From Candidatus Bathyarchaeota archaeon (lineage in GTDB: Archaea; Thermoproteota; Bathyarchaeia; 40CM-2-53-6; RBG-13-38-9): DNA of 64,000 nucleotides. Made by a program: the position numbers and the translations under genes. The stretch is taken from positions 384,001-448,000 of the forward strand of contig CAWECG010000003.1 of the NCBI GenBank assembly GCA_963807605.1, read 5' to 3'. A model generated the notes under the pieces. That model made no database searches. It was not told the DNA's origin and saw only the letters and a program-made list of their open reading frames with translations. Below, piece after piece: positions 47,963 to 57,628 of the stretch. How positions within the stretch are numbered: position 1 is the first letter of the stretch; each line of letters opens with the position of its first letter.

Positions 47963-49280
47963 GTCTTGGTCGACAATAGGAAAACTATTCAGCCGCAGGC
48001 AGTTAGCGTTCGTAGTCGTAGTCATAGGTCTGTATTTTCTCAGTGTTTCCATACTTTCCGTGCTAAAAGGAATAGTGTCGTTGACAGAATTTCTGTTGTT
48101 TCTTTCAGCATCAACTATCCTGATTCTGCTTGGAATACATGTCGGAAGGCATGAGAAATACAAATCTGCAATACGCGTTCCAGAATCGGATGTTAGGAAT
48201 AGGTTAGATCTCGTAACCAGAAATACTGAAGAGATCATAACTCAAGATGAACTAAGGAGTCTACTTGCTGTCAAGAAATGCCCTAAAGCATACTGGGGTT
48301 TTGAAGGTAAGAGCTTGATGCATCTAGGAATGGGACTCGTATGTGGAGGAAAGATCAAGGACTTGATAAGAGCTGGATTTGAGGTTACAATTTTTCTTGC
48401 CGATGTTCATTCTTGGATTAGCAATAAGTACCAAGGAGATATGAAAAAAATAAGAGCCTGCATCGAATACTTTGAGCATTGCTTCACCAGCCTTGGAATT
48501 TCGCCTCATGAAGTCAAGTATTTATGGACATCTGATTTAGCCAAAGACCCAAGTTACTGGAAGAGAGTCATAGAGGTAGGGAAAAACGCCTCTATTCGCA
48601 GAATACTGAGAGCGTTGCCAATAATGGATAGACAACTGGGGCAAGAAGACGTTGATGCAGCGGACGTATCGTATGTTTGCATGCAGGTAGCAGATGTATT
48701 CGAGGTGGGCGCGGATGTTGCATGTGGCGGATTGGATCAGAGAAAGGCTCACATGTTAGCCAGAGACATCGCTGATAAACTGAATTGGAGAAAACCAATC
48801 GCTCTACACGTACCTCTACTATTATCCTTAGATGAACCCAGACAATTCGGTGAAGTTTATGATGAAGACGAAAAAATAAGCAGACGTATAATGAACAAAA
48901 TGTCAAAAGAATCTCATGGAGGCATAATCTACATACATGATTCTCCTGAAGAAATAAGGAACAAGGTCCTTAACGCATACTGTCCGCCCAAGAAACTTGA
49001 GGACAATCCAGTAGTAGAAATAGTCAGACTTATCATATTCCCTGAAAGATCTACGTTTGAAGTAAAAAGACTGGACAAATATGGCGGAAACGTGATCTTG
49101 ACCAGCTTCGAGGAATTTGCAGAACTCTATCGTAACGGAAAAATTCATCCAATGGACCTCAAGAACAGTGTGGCAGAAAGTCTCACAGCAATGCTAAAGG
49201 GAGTCCGGGAATATTTTGAAAGAAACCCAGAGCCTCTGCTGACTATGCGAGAAGTTGAGGGACAACAGCAGGCGTCGTAA
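47946..49280 (+). CDS. tyrS: archaeal-type tyrosyl-tRNA synthetase with N-terminal 2-TM extension
   Basis: RNTEEIIT..EL, AYWGFE, HLGM (HIGH), FLADVHS, YVCMQVAD, GGLDQRKAH, KMSKE, AYCPP, IHPMDLK. Confidence 0.9.
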   Translation: MKFGLRSWSTIGKLFSRRQLAFVVVVIGLYFLSVSILSVLKGIVSLTEFLLFLSASTILILLGIHVGRHEKYKSAIRVPESDVRNRLDLVTRNTEEIITQDELRSLLAVKKCPKAYWGFEGKSLMHLGMGLVCGGKIKDLIRAGFEVTIFLADVHSWISNKYQGDMKKIRACIEYFEHCFTSLGISPHEVKYLWTSDLAKDPSYWKRVIEVGKNASIRRILRALPIMDRQLGQEDVDAADVSYVCMQVADVFEVGADVACGGLDQRKAHMLARDIADKLNWRKPIALHVPLLLSLDEPRQFGEVYDEDEKISRRIMNKMSKESHGGIIYIHDSPEEIRNKVLNAYCPPKKLEDNPVVEIVRLIIFPERSTFEVKRLDKYGGNVILTSFEEFAELYRNGKIHPMDLKNSVAESLTAMLKGVREYFERNPEPLLTMREVEGQQQAS

Positions 49281-49464
49281 CGTTACAGCACCTAGAACAT
49301 CCTTCTCCAACGTCAACACCTTCTTCAGCGGATGATCCTCTGGAAGCTGCAGTGCATACCCTTTCAGCATCTACATATTTCATAAGAAGTCTGTAAGGGA
49401 GAGTATAAACGGGTGAGAGCTCTAAAGAAGTAGTACACCAAAACGGAAGCGGAGTCGTCTCCCA

Positions 49465-50781
49465 TTGAGTAATAAGAAAGCGGATCCTCCCTTCTTTCAC
49501 GTGGATCCGGAGTACAGCTCAATTCTTCCACCTCTTTCGGAACCCGAATGTGAGGCCCTGAAGCGATCAATAAGGGAAGATGGGATGCTCTTCCCAATCA
49601 TCGCAAACAAACATGGAATAGTGCTGGATGGGCATAACCGGCTGAAGGTTTGTCGTGAACTCGGAATAAAGCCGCGGTTCGAGGTAAGAGATTTCTCCAA
49701 CGACCGGCTCCAAGAGAAGAAATTCGTAATCGTTTCAAACCTCAGGAGACATCACCTGAACGATTTCCAGAAGATCGAGCTCTCCCAACCGCTTCTGAGC
49801 ATGCAGCGTCTTCTTGCCAAGCAAAGAAAGATTCGTGCAGGAAGATCGTTCGGGAGGGGAAGAAAGGGTAGGTTGCTGCCAAATGGCAGTAAGCTATCGC
49901 AGGGGGAGGCTGTGGAGAAAGTAGCTCGTGAAATAGGCGTCTCCCCGAGAACTTACTACCGCGCTCTCTCCATCATTGAAAAGAAGCCTGAGGAGGTCAA
50001 GCACAAACTGAGAGAGGGGAAGATTGAAATCAATACAGCTTACGCAAATCTCCAATCTGAAGAAAGGCGAAAGGAGCTCATAGCTCTCTCAAACAAGCCG
50101 CTGCCCAAGCTTGTCAAGATCTTGTGCGGCGATTACAGAAAGCTCTGGCCCAATCATATCAAGGAGGGTACAGCTGACATCATCTTCACGGATCCACAGT
50201 ATGGCATGAGTCTAGGAAAGAAGAAAGCAGGATGCTCCAGTAGTCTGGAAGCCCTCACACGACTGTGGGACGATCTGGGCGAGTTCTCGAATAAGGTTCT
50301 GAAAGAAGGGGGATATCTTTTTGCATACACGGGGCAGGAGTATTCCCATCTCGCTGAAACACGCTTGAGGACGCACCTCTGTCAGTATTGGAGGATAACT
50401 ATTGCATACGAATCAAACCAGTCCCAGCTATTTCACAAAAAGATCAGGAACCGCTGCAAGCAAATCCTAGTCTTCGCAAAGGGAAAGGGTCGTGAACACG
50501 AGTGGATATTTGACATGCTGCACGGCGGAGGAAAAGGTGACAAGCAAGCCCACGAGTGGGCGCAGCCGGAGACGGAGGCACTCTATCTGATCCAGAAGTT
50601 CACCAAGCCCAACGAACTTGTTGTTGACCCAATGTGTGGTAGCGCTTCCGTACTCAAGGCCGCAGTTCGTCTGCGCCGCAAAACGGTAGGATTTGAGATC
50701 AACAAGGAGACATACAGGATAGGACTGGGAAGACTGAGCGAAGTGGTCTGGAAGGGCAAAGAAGGGGCCCCCTTTTTGTGA
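49465..50781 (+). CDS. ParB-like N-domain fused to a DNA amino-methyltransferase
   Basis: VLDGHNRL, NLRRHHL; IFTDPQY (motif IV) before VVDPMCGS (motif I). Confidence 0.85.
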   Translation: MSNKKADPPFFHVDPEYSSILPPLSEPECEALKRSIREDGMLFPIIANKHGIVLDGHNRLKVCRELGIKPRFEVRDFSNDRLQEKKFVIVSNLRRHHLNDFQKIELSQPLLSMQRLLAKQRKIRAGRSFGRGRKGRLLPNGSKLSQGEAVEKVAREIGVSPRTYYRALSIIEKKPEEVKHKLREGKIEINTAYANLQSEERRKELIALSNKPLPKLVKILCGDYRKLWPNHIKEGTADIIFTDPQYGMSLGKKKAGCSSSLEALTRLWDDLGEFSNKVLKEGGYLFAYTGQEYSHLAETRLRTHLCQYWRITIAYESNQSQLFHKKIRNRCKQILVFAKGKGREHEWIFDMLHGGGKGDKQAHEWAQPETEALYLIQKFTKPNELVVDPMCGSASVLKAAVRLRRKTVGFEINKETYRIGLGRLSEVVWKGKEGAPFL

Positions 50782-51005
50782 CCTCCCCTCGAACATATCT
50801 GCTCCACACCTTACGGGCATAACTGGGGGTGGAACCTGTCATTTCGGCTATTTCCCTGTGTGAGAGGGTGGGATTATTGAGTTTTATACCTACTATAGCA
50901 TCTTTTTGGGGGTGAAAAGGAGTTTCCTCCCTTTTCTTTTAGCCTTGACCACATCTATTCACCATGGTATGGACGTGTGACCTCAAAATGTGACCTTTTT
51001 GAACA
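50749..51005. repeat. left arm of an approximately 250-bp imperfect inverted repeat (partner 54598-54869)
   Basis: Perfect 28-bp core 50834-50861 = reverse complement of 54757-54784; similarity extends on both sides. Confidence 0.85.
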
Positions 51006-51006
51006 T

Positions 51007-51039
51007 TTGACACTCCCCTGTCTAAAGGCGGAGTGATCC
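51007..51039 (-). mobile_element. IS200/IS605-family right-end-like hairpin remnant
   Basis: GGATCACTCCGCCTTTAGACAGGGGAGTGTCAA on the minus strand. Confidence 0.5.
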
Positions 51040-51228
51040 TAGCTTTGTTGCGAATCCTTGTAAGTCCGAGTTTTGGGCTCTTCCTGAGGGTAGGACAATC
51101 TTACGAAAAACTTTTTTACAATATTGGGTAGCCCAAGCTCTTGTAGTCTCTCTAATCTATCTGTTATTATCTGTTCATTCTCCTGTATTACCCCGAAACA
51201 AATACTACCGGCGGGATAGCATGATGAT

Positions 51229-51445
51229 GTTGAAAACCCAGGAACTGGCGAATTTCATTCTCGGAAAAAAAACAAATCGATTTTGACAAACCTGTTCCGG
51301 ACTTGGTCAGAGAAGATAGCAGAGAAACACGTGAGATGATACTGTCCTTATCGATTTCGGAAGCTAGGAAGGTTGGCATCAGGAAGAGCACTCTTTGGTA
51401 CTTGAAGAAACGTGCCAGGGAAAAGAAACCCCTTAGGACGCTAAG
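51229..51445 (+). pseudogene. cas1: C-terminal HTH remnant of casposase (Cas1-solo)
   Basis: KTQELANFILGKK/QIDFDKPVPDLVREDSRETREMILSLSISEARKVGIRKSTLWYLKKRAREKKPL; frameshift in an A-run; catalytic domain absent. Confidence 0.65.
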
Positions 51446-51870
51446 CGTTTACACCTATAGAAACCCAAGAACCGAATTTTCCGACAGCCTATAACATGAT
51501 TGATGAGATAGAGAAGTATGTTGTATCATGGAAAAGGTATGCAGCTTACAAGAACGTCTGCGAAGAGACACTTGCAGTCAAGAGCACAAGCAAAGCGCTT
51601 CTAATAGGAGATCAGGTGGACAAATCGTTGATCAAGGGGAGTACTCTGCCCCCGCTTCTGGCTCTGCCTGATCCGGAGGAGGTGGAAACGCTAACTATGT
51701 GACCATCAACTGAAGAGACCTCATTGCAATGACCCTTTCCATGCCGTCGTGCTTCCAGCACATGTAAGAATCCTCTTAGCTTGCGTTGCTATTTGCAGCG
51801 CTATGGCACGTGTTTAAATAGTTCTCCTTTCTGAGGACAAGTCTTTAATGAGAGCCTCTCCAATACTCAA

Positions 51871-52791
51871 ATGCGTGTGCGTCGACAGACAACTGTTTAT
51901 AGAAAGGAAAGTGATTTTGTGAAGGAAATTGACTCGGGGCCTCCTTCACGAATCTGGCTCCCCATCTATTGTTTAGATAAGCTGAAAGAGATTATTACGG
52001 CCACAAAGTTCCAAAAATTGATATTTCTAATCCAGACCGAAGGGAAGACCAAGAGCTGGTTTGATTATCACTGGCATCACTTCGGCCCTTACTCTCAAGA
52101 TCTTAGAAATGACCTTTCTGCCCTATGCAGTCAAGACTTGATAAACATAGAACCAATGACAACTACAAAGGGCTTCGAGACAAATAGATACTCGATACTT
52201 GCACAAGGGCAGTCACTTCTTGAAACCATGGTTCTAGAACCAGAGATCAGAGATGATTTGCGCCGAGTCGACAAGATAATAGACAAGTATGGTAGACTGA
52301 ACTACCAAGAGATCTTGGAGATAGTATACGCTCGATATGACCTTGACTTGAATGAGCTAACAAAGAAACTGGAAGCGAACCTCTGGTCACTGAACAAGAA
52401 CTGGCTACAGCTCTACAAAATGAAATCAGACTGCATATACTGCACCTATGCCTTAGCGATGATTGAATACTCAGAAACGATACTAGATAAGATCTTGAAC
52501 AAGAGTATAGACAAACTCACGAGACAGATCTGTCTCAGAACCATCAATGACATGATTAACCATCTAGGCGAAGTCACCTCTGTCTGCTCTAACTTCAAGA
52601 CTTGCCCCTTCGACTGCAAACCGCAAGCCAAAGAATGCATCGAATACTTCGAATTTCTCCAGAAATACTGTCAGGACAAACAGATCTATCCAGCCGTGGA
52701 AGATCTGAAGCTTTCCGACATCATGGCTCCAGAGCAAATCGACAAAATGCTTGAGGATTTCCAGCAGCAAGTGACCTCGATCGTGAATTGA
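51871..52791 (+). CDS. DUF4065/SocA-like (Panacea-type) antitoxin domain protein
   Basis: TKFQKLIFL, HFGPYSQDL, IIDKYG...IVYARY. Confidence 0.75.
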   Translation: MRVRRQTTVYRKESDFVKEIDSGPPSRIWLPIYCLDKLKEIITATKFQKLIFLIQTEGKTKSWFDYHWHHFGPYSQDLRNDLSALCSQDLINIEPMTTTKGFETNRYSILAQGQSLLETMVLEPEIRDDLRRVDKIIDKYGRLNYQEILEIVYARYDLDLNELTKKLEANLWSLNKNWLQLYKMKSDCIYCTYALAMIEYSETILDKILNKSIDKLTRQICLRTINDMINHLGEVTSVCSNFKTCPFDCKPQAKECIEYFEFLQKYCQDKQIYPAVEDLKLSDIMAPEQIDKMLEDFQQQVTSIVN

Positions 52792-53423
52792 CTGAAATTG
52801 CTTCCACTGTCGTTTTCCTGGATGCTAACATTTGCATAACATACGCAATAGAATTCTTCATCAAAGACCACATGTTTTCAGATAACGTATATCACTCTAA
52901 GATTTGCTGTGTCATTAGTCACATCTCCTCCAGGAAGGATATCTATGACATAAATATACCCGAATTCATTAGGGGCGAGATTACCCGTAAATTAACTGAA
53001 GTATTCAATAGGACATTCGATAATTACAATGTTTCACACGTCTATAGACTGAAATTTATCTCGAAGGGCACGGAGAGGCTGAAAAAACTCCTGCAACGCT
53101 CAGAATCGCTAGAATTGGTTATTGACGAAGAGATCAAAGAGATAAACAGACTCTATGCGGAACTCTTAAGGAAAGGAGATGCTCGCATAGCAAAGCTAGT
53201 CCAAAAGAAAGGGCATCCAAAACCATCAGACAACGACATCAAACTCGCAGCTCAGGCAATCAAAATGGTAAGACAAGGCCGATGGGCAATTCTAATAAGC
53301 GGAGATTTTGACATTCATGGATTCTGGGAGGACTACGAGAAAACCTTTCGTCTGAAGATATTCTCCTACGAGAGACTACCTGCTGAGCCTTCAGAAATTG
53401 ACAAAGCATTTTTGAACTTGTAA
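52788..53423 (+). CDS. PIN-domain protein (putative toxin)
   Basis: VFLDANI, E, SDNDIKL, ISGDFD; TTGA overlap with upstream gene. Confidence 0.7.
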   Translation: MTEIASTVVFLDANICITYAIEFFIKDHMFSDNVYHSKICCVISHISSRKDIYDINIPEFIRGEITRKLTEVFNRTFDNYNVSHVYRLKFISKGTERLKKLLQRSESLELVIDEEIKEINRLYAELLRKGDARIAKLVQKKGHPKPSDNDIKLAAQAIKMVRQGRWAILISGDFDIHGFWEDYEKTFRLKIFSYERLPAEPSEIDKAFLNL

Positions 53424-53525
53424 GTCGAGCATCTTTCAGGTAATCTTTGATTATCAAGAACGTAGTTAATGAATTCAATAGAGCGGTTGGTTATGAATGC
53501 TCGATACGATGGGGGGTTGTCTTGA

Positions 53526-54074
53526 TTGGCTCAATACTACTTTGACATCGAGACTACAGGCATTGATCCAGAAAAGGATAAAATAATAACGATACAATGG
53601 CAAAGGCTGAACGAATTCAATGGTGATCCAGTCGGCGAATTACAGATACTAAAGGAATGGGAAGCATCTGAGAGAGACGTTCTGACAGCATTTCTGCCTC
53701 AAATCCAATGTGAAAACTGCTGGGACTTCATTCCAATTGGCAAGAACTTACTGTTTGATTTTAACTTCCTGGACAAGAGATCTAGGAAACACGGTCTTAA
53801 TGGCTTTGATCTAGCATACTGCTACAGTTGCCCACATCTGGACTTGAAACCCGTTCTGGTGTTAATAAATCAGGGCAAATTCAGGGGTTATGACAAGGTT
53901 CTGGACATTGGTGGACACCCCGTGATTAATGAGAGCATTCCCCAGCTCTACGAGAGGGGGATGTATGAAGACATAATAGCATACATCAAAAGGGAAAATG
54001 AAACTTTCCTAAAGGGACTAAAGATACTGAAGAGAGAAATGCCAGCATTGCTGGTTCATTTTAAGAATCTTTGA
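53526..54074 (+). CDS. RNase H-like (DEDD) exonuclease domain protein
   Basis: YFDIETTG, IGKNLLFDF, HLDLK. Confidence 0.8.
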   Translation: MAQYYFDIETTGIDPEKDKIITIQWQRLNEFNGDPVGELQILKEWEASERDVLTAFLPQIQCENCWDFIPIGKNLLFDFNFLDKRSRKHGLNGFDLAYCYSCPHLDLKPVLVLINQGKFRGYDKVLDIGGHPVINESIPQLYERGMYEDIIAYIKRENETFLKGLKILKREMPALLVHFKNL

Positions 54075-54597
54075 AAATGATGTCTTTATCTAATACCGAA
54101 TTGTCTTGTGTGACATCTTTCAAATTCTCTATTTAGATAGTGGTCTTGTCGTAAAAAGCAACCGTCTGACTCATGGCAATGGCATCACGATTGATAGGCC
54201 ACCAATCAAACGGAGACCAAGATCCCGCTGAAACAACTCTTACATAACGTATCATCCTTGTACATCGAGCTCAAAGATAAATTCGGCAGATTAAAACAGA
54301 CTAGTCTCGTACCGTATCTAGACCAAATAGTTGCAATGCTGATTACCAGACCCCGTCGGTTCTGTTGTGTTAGGCTCCTTGTTTATCGCTTTCAATGGTT
54401 GATTCCAAATCTTGCCTTGCCTAAGAGGTATCGTGCTAACTCCTGCAATTTCAACGACAGTGGAATGAAGGCCGCTTTTCTTAGTATTAGAGGAACTGAA
54501 CAACAACTTGATCCCACCAAGAGTAAGACATATCAGAACTTTCTCAAGACAAAAAAGGCAAGACTTGGCTATTACATACCCGGAAAGTAACAAAAGG

Positions 54598-54869
54598 ATA
54601 CAAAAGGTACACTTTGAGGGCACACTCCCTTATGGTGGTGAATGAACATGGCTAAGACCAAAAATACAGGAAAAACCTCTTTCAACCTCTAAAAATGATG
54701 TCATAATAGCCATAAAACTCAGTAATCCTGCCTTATTTCAACAATTCTCCCTTATTACACAGGGAAATAGCCGAAATGACAGGTGCCAACCCCAGTTATG
54801 GGCCTCGCGTATGGAGTAGATACGTGTGAGGAGAGGGCACAAAAAGGGGGGCCCTTAACTAGCCTTCCA
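54598..54869. repeat. right arm of the approximately 250-bp imperfect inverted repeat
   Basis: Reverse complement aligns to 50749-51005. Confidence 0.85.
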
Positions 54870-55115
54870 TATTCAATAGTTATACCGGGTTAATGCTGAA
54901 CCACCCTTTTGGTATTATGATGCACCGTTTCCTGTTAGCAAAGACCGGAACAGATAGAAGGTGTTGAAGCACCAGGATTTCACCGCTCATATGTGATCCA
55001 ACTTGCCTTTTGCTGGAAGCGGAACAAGAACGCCATATCTTTCAAGGTATGGATGAATTGTATCAGGACTCTAGGGTTTGAAAAAGAGGACTGCTCTATC
55101 TTCAGAAGAAGTCAA

Positions 55116-55148
55116 AAGACCCCGCAGGCTTCAGTCCGCGGTAGTTCA
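55116..55148 (+). mobile_element. IS200/IS605-family right-end-like hairpin remnant
   Basis: AAGACCCCGCAGGCTTCAGTCCGCGGTAGTTCA. Confidence 0.45.
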
Positions 55149-55252
55149 GGCTGAGTGAATTTAAGATTCGTAAGGCAGGCCACCTATCCAGATCTTTAAA
55201 TACCAGTAACGATTTAGTTACTGGCAAGCAACTGGTTAGAGGTGAATAGAAT

Positions 55253-55783
55253 ATGTACTCATGGTCTGAAAGAGGACAAAGTTGGCAACCATACCAGCAA
55301 CCTTTCCGTCAGCCGAGAAGTGGACCAATTTACACACCCTCAGGAATTATTCCCGATTCTAGTTACGCATCAAATTGGCCGGAACTTCGACAATGGGTTC
55401 TTCAGCGAGACGGACACCAGTGTACCAATCAGTGGCAGGATGCTTATGGCAACTGGCAACGATGCCCTGCTACAACAAGCCTTCAGGTGGATCATATAAC
55501 TCCCAAGTCCAAGGGTGGAAGCGATTATGTAGAGAACCTGCGAACCCTATGCGAGCGATGCCACTCTCAACGCCACCCACACATGTGGGCTCAATACCAT
55601 ACAGAACACCCAGAAGAATTCGGCTATCCACAACAAGGATCCTATACACAGCAGCCAGGATACTATCCTCAACATGGTTATCCACAGTCCGGCTACCCAT
55701 ATCAGCCTCAATACTTCAGCCACCCACAAACATATCCATTCTTTGCCCAACAAATCCATCAGCCCTACTTTAGATACTACTGA
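55253..55783 (+). CDS. HNH endonuclease with Q/P/Y-rich low-complexity tails
   Basis: W..LR..VL.RD..C, QVDHI.P.S.GG, NLRTLC..CH. Confidence 0.85.
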   Translation: MYSWSERGQSWQPYQQPFRQPRSGPIYTPSGIIPDSSYASNWPELRQWVLQRDGHQCTNQWQDAYGNWQRCPATTSLQVDHITPKSKGGSDYVENLRTLCERCHSQRHPHMWAQYHTEHPEEFGYPQQGSYTQQPGYYPQHGYPQSGYPYQPQYFSHPQTYPFFAQQIHQPYFRYY

Positions 55784-55904
55784 CAGGTAGCAGACAATCC
55801 CCCTCCCTTTTTGTTCCATCTTTTTCAAGAGGAATAGCCACTTTTCAGTAGCTAGATCCAAACCGTTATACTTACTAGCATTCTATAAGGGAAAGTGAAT
55901 AGGA

Positions 55905-56111
55905 ATGGTCCACATTGCAGAAAGTGTGATCTTCAAGATACGCAAGGTCAGTGAGGGGTATCAATACCAAGAAGTTCTGATCCGTGTTCCACGCAGCCTA
56001 TGGGAGGATCCACGCTTCCCCCTGGATCTCTCTAAGAAACGAAGACAGAAAGTGATAATTGAATTCAGCGAGGATAAGATCACCATCTCTAAGCCACCAA
56101 AACCACCGTGA
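55905..56111 (+). CDS. small AbrB/MazE-like DNA-binding protein
   Basis: KIRKV...LIRVPRSL...KVIIEF.EDKITIS. Confidence 0.55.
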   Translation: MVHIAESVIFKIRKVSEGYQYQEVLIRVPRSLWEDPRFPLDLSKKRRQKVIIEFSEDKITISKPPKPP

Positions 56112-56158
56112 AGACTCAAATCGTCATTCTGGTGAAAAATGCACATTCTGACTTCAAG

Positions 56159-56224
56159 ATCGGTTTTACAATCGGTTTTACACGACAAACATCGGTTTTA
56201 CACACGACGGACATCGGTTTTACA
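56159..56224 (+). repeat. four direct copies of ATCGGTTTTACA (iteron-like)
   Basis: Copies at 56159, 56171, 56191 and 56213. Confidence 0.85.
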
Positions 56225-56329
56225 AACCCGAATCTTTCATTTTGATAGGATTTGAGGCTTAGATCTATGCAAAATGACGGATTTACACGCTCATCTCAAA
56301 AGGTGCCATAGATCCCCTCTGTGTAAAGG

Positions 56330-57400
56330 GGGTTGTTGCTTGGCTTCGCTTTTTTTGTATTGTTGTTTTGGTTTGTTTTGTGTTTTTGTGTTTGATGGGT
56401 TCTTCTTTCTTATTGTTTTTTACTTAGTTGTTGTTTGTTCTTGCTCTTTTATTGTTGGTGTTTTTTTTGTTAGGTATCTTTATTGTTTGTAGTTGTGTTG
56501 TTTTTCTTTCTCTTTCGTTGTATTTGATTGTTTGAGTGTGTTTGTGTGAGTGTCCTATTTTTGATATTTGTATTGGATGTCTTATTGTTGTTTGTTGTAT
56601 TACATGATGTTGATCTTAGGACAGGTGTGTTTCTTTATCCCTTTTCTTGCTCTTTGTTGTTTGTTCTTGTTGTTCTTGCTCTTTCATTAGATTGTAAGAG
56701 GTTTCTTACATATCTCTTTCTTCTTACTCTTTATATTGGGGGGATCTCCCCTTTCCCCCTCTCTTACTCTCTAGTGTTAAGTAGGGAGGTTCTCCCTTTT
56801 CCCCTCTTTCTCTCTTATGCTCTCTCTATTGGGTATTTGAGGGGGGGTTATCCTGCATTTCTAATAGTGATAATGAGTGTAATAGGCATAATTGCTCTAA
56901 TAGGTTCAATAGAGGGGGTTCTTTTCACTTCCTTGTAATGGTTAAAACTTGTTATTGTTCTAATATTGTGGGTTCTAATGTGATGTGGTAATATGGGACA
57001 GTTAGTGGGGTTGTCTGTCGTGTTTTTAATAATGGGGGGGTAATTGGTGGGTTGTTGGCTTCTTATAGTCATGAATTATAGATTGTAGTTCATCCGTTCC
57101 TATCCGAGTCTGTCCGATATATGGCGTGTTTTGTGGTATGAATGGGGGTGTACGGTTCTTATGTTGTATGGTCCTGCTTAACCATTGAATTGTGTTACAC
57201 ATGGCTTATTGTAGTTGTGGTCTGTCTCTATCTCTCTGTATCAACCGCTTTCCCCAATGTTGGGGAAAGCGGTTTTAGTGTGTAGTGTTTTTATGGGTTG
57301 GGGTGGGGGTTCTGGTGTGGATCCTTGGTGGCTTCTTTATGGCTTGTTATGGCTATATTTGATTGTTATTGCCCGTTTTTGCGAATGTAATGTAAAATAG
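56330..57400. other. strongly G/T-skewed low-complexity non-coding tract with a perfect hairpin at 57243-57274
   Basis: T/G-dominated plus strand; AACCGCTTTCCCCAA-tg-TTGGGGAAAGCGGTT. Confidence 0.65.
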
Positions 57401-57628
57401 AAAAGTCAGAGACCCACGGCTAAACCCATAATGAATACGCCTACTTCCCTTTTACTATAATTCTTACTATATATCTAACACACATCATCACTGCGTCTTT
57501 TCATTACATTCACAGAAATGGGGGTGGGTGGTAGTATGGCGGTTCTGGTAGCTGTAAGTGCTGCACGGAGATGGAAGCGCCCCGATTCCGCAGTCGGAAA
57601 CTATATCTTCAGCAATAACGGTTGATCG

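Noticed and set aside
51229-51445. Cas1 as evidence of a CRISPR-Cas locus
   Set aside because: Only a casposase-type C-terminal HTH; no array or other cas genes
54258-54590. 110-aa ORF inside the inverted repeats
   Set aside because: No recognisable family; possibly a remnant, left unannotated
56159-56224. Possible CRISPR array
   Set aside because: 12-bp repeats with 0-10 bp gaps are too short, and there are no spacers
56274-57400. Hydrophobic ORFs 56274-56492, 56528-56938 and 57215-57400
   Set aside because: F/L/V/C richness is a by-product of T/G-rich low-complexity DNA
57568-57600. tRNA-like fragment as a possible att site
   Set aside because: No match to the tRNA-Lys halves, and no T-loop or acceptor stem
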